From: Alphaproteobacteria bacterium
Lineage (GTDB): Bacteria > Pseudomonadota > Alphaproteobacteria > CALMVH01
DNA: 64,000 nt
NCBI GenBank assembly: GCA_965199265.1
Contig: CBDAQV010000001.1
Span: forward strand, 86,739-150,738
Reading direction: 5' to 3'
The notes beneath the pieces are model-generated. The model had not been told where the DNA came from and searched no databases. It worked only from the letters and a program-made list of their open reading frames with translations. Positions 63,262 through 64,000 of the stretch are shown piece by piece (the stretch's first letter is position 1; every line of letters starts with the position of its first letter). The translations under genes were made by a program, and so were the position numbers.

Positions 63262-64000
63262 TCAATGCTGGCAAGCGGGGCAGAACCAGGTCGAGCGGCC
63301 GCCCTGGACGATGCGCTCGATGATGTTTCCGGCGCAGCGCGGGCACGGTTCGCCTTCGTGGTCGTAAACCTGGAACCTGTGCTGGAAGCGACCGGCTTCG
63401 CCGCTGGCGTTCACGTAGTCGCGCAAGGATGAGCCGCCGGAGGCGAGCGCGGCTTCCAGCACCTGCCGGATCGCGGCGGCGAGCCGGTCGGCTTCGCTCG
63501 CGGTCAGCGCGTTCGCCGGGCGGCGCGGATCGATAGCGGCGGCGAACAGCGCCTCGCACACGTAGATGTTGCCCAGCCCCGCCACGATGTGCTGGTCCAT
63601 GAGCGCCGCCTTCATCGTTGTCCTGCGCTTGCTCGTCTGCGCGAACAGCAGCGGGCCGGAGAACTCGTTGCCCAGCGGCTCCGGGCCGAGCAATGCCAGC
63701 GCGCGATGACCTTCGAGTTCGCTGGCCGGGACCAAATCCATCGAGCCGAAACGCCGCGCGTCGTTGAAGACCAGTTCGGACCCGTCCTCGAATTCGATGC
63801 CGACATGGTCATGGAGGCTGGCCTGATGGTCCGCGCGCGCCACGAAGAACCGGCCCGACATGCCCAAATGCACCGTCAGCACCAGCGCCGTCCGGTCCTC
63901 GCCTTCGGTCGAAAGCAGCAGGTACTTCGCGCGCCGGCCGACAGCGGTGATCCGCCGGCCCTTCAGCCTCGCGGCGAAAAGAGGGGGAAAAGCGAAGCGC
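63262..64000 (-). CDS. mutM: Formamidopyrimidine-DNA glycosylase, N-terminus beyond the window end
   Basis: RRAKYLLL, HLGMSGR, DARRFG, LMDQHIVAGLGNIYVCEALF and the zinc finger CPRCAGNIIERIVQGGRSTWFCPACQ. The frame stays open to 64000. Confidence 0.9.
   Translation of the reverse strand, partial: RFAFPPLFAARLKGRRITAVGRRAKYLLLSTEGEDRTALVLTVHLGMSGRFFVARADHQASLHDHVGIEFEDGSELVFNDARRFGSMDLVPASELEGHRALALLGPEPLGNEFSGPLLFAQTSKRRTTMKAALMDQHIVAGLGNIYVCEALFAAAIDPRRPANALTASEADRLAAAIRQVLEAALASGGSSLRDYVNASGEAGRFQHRFQVYDHEGEPCPRCAGNIIERIVQGGRSTWFCPACQH

Noticed and set aside
1-64000. CRISPR arrays, rRNA genes, intact insertion sequences, prophage or recognisable defence systems
   Set aside because: Apart from the short palindromic units and the 3 x 10-bp tandem at 45998, no regularly spaced direct repeats were found. 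No cas, integrase, restriction, abortive-infection or toxin-antitoxin motifs were found in any supported ORF.

Overview
GC-rich, strongly GC3-biased alphaproteobacterial chromosomal segment; the sphingomonad-like gene order is my inference. It is mostly core genes and carries the dnaA-rpsT-mutM neighbourhood at its right end. I support about 70 protein genes, two tRNAs (Gln-UUG, Phe-GAA), several promoter, operator and terminator candidates and a short palindromic repeat family. No rRNA, CRISPR array, intact mobile element or recognisable defence system was seen. Core content: ispE, treZ, gltX, apaG, hslO, recX, ctaD-like/ctaB, an M32 carboxypeptidase, thrC, an M16 peptidase, recR, purH, livHMGF plus livJ, hisG, infA-maf-rng-yacG, a TetR-OMF-MFP-RND efflux operon, rpmE, an rcdA-like gene, hsp20 and a cluster of small stress proteins. 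Points worth a second look: (1) a minus-strand pair of unrecognisable ORFs (270 aa and 61 aa) splits the liv operon between livF and livJ. (2) A divergent cytochrome oxidase subunit I has a CuB-ligand His replaced by Tyr and has no ctaC, ctaG or ctaE nearby. (3) A TPS-type exoprotein longer than 1700 aa runs off the left edge, next to a decayed IS5-like transposase and a tRNA-Gln with a degenerate copy of its own 3' end. (4) A lower-GC islet lies 3' of tRNA-Phe. It holds 10-bp tandem repeats, a histidine kinase interrupted by an in-frame TAA, and a small low-complexity ORF behind a sigma54-like promoter. (5) purH and an MscS-like gene each carry two +1 shifts at short homopolymers, which could be assembly error or gene decay. 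(6) Regulatory candidates include twin 10-bp palindromes, two GGAAC-N16-AGTT EcfG-type promoters, and a sigma32-type promoter with a ROSE-like thermometer before hsp20. All family assignments come from reading the translations against remembered family motifs. Nothing was searched against a database.
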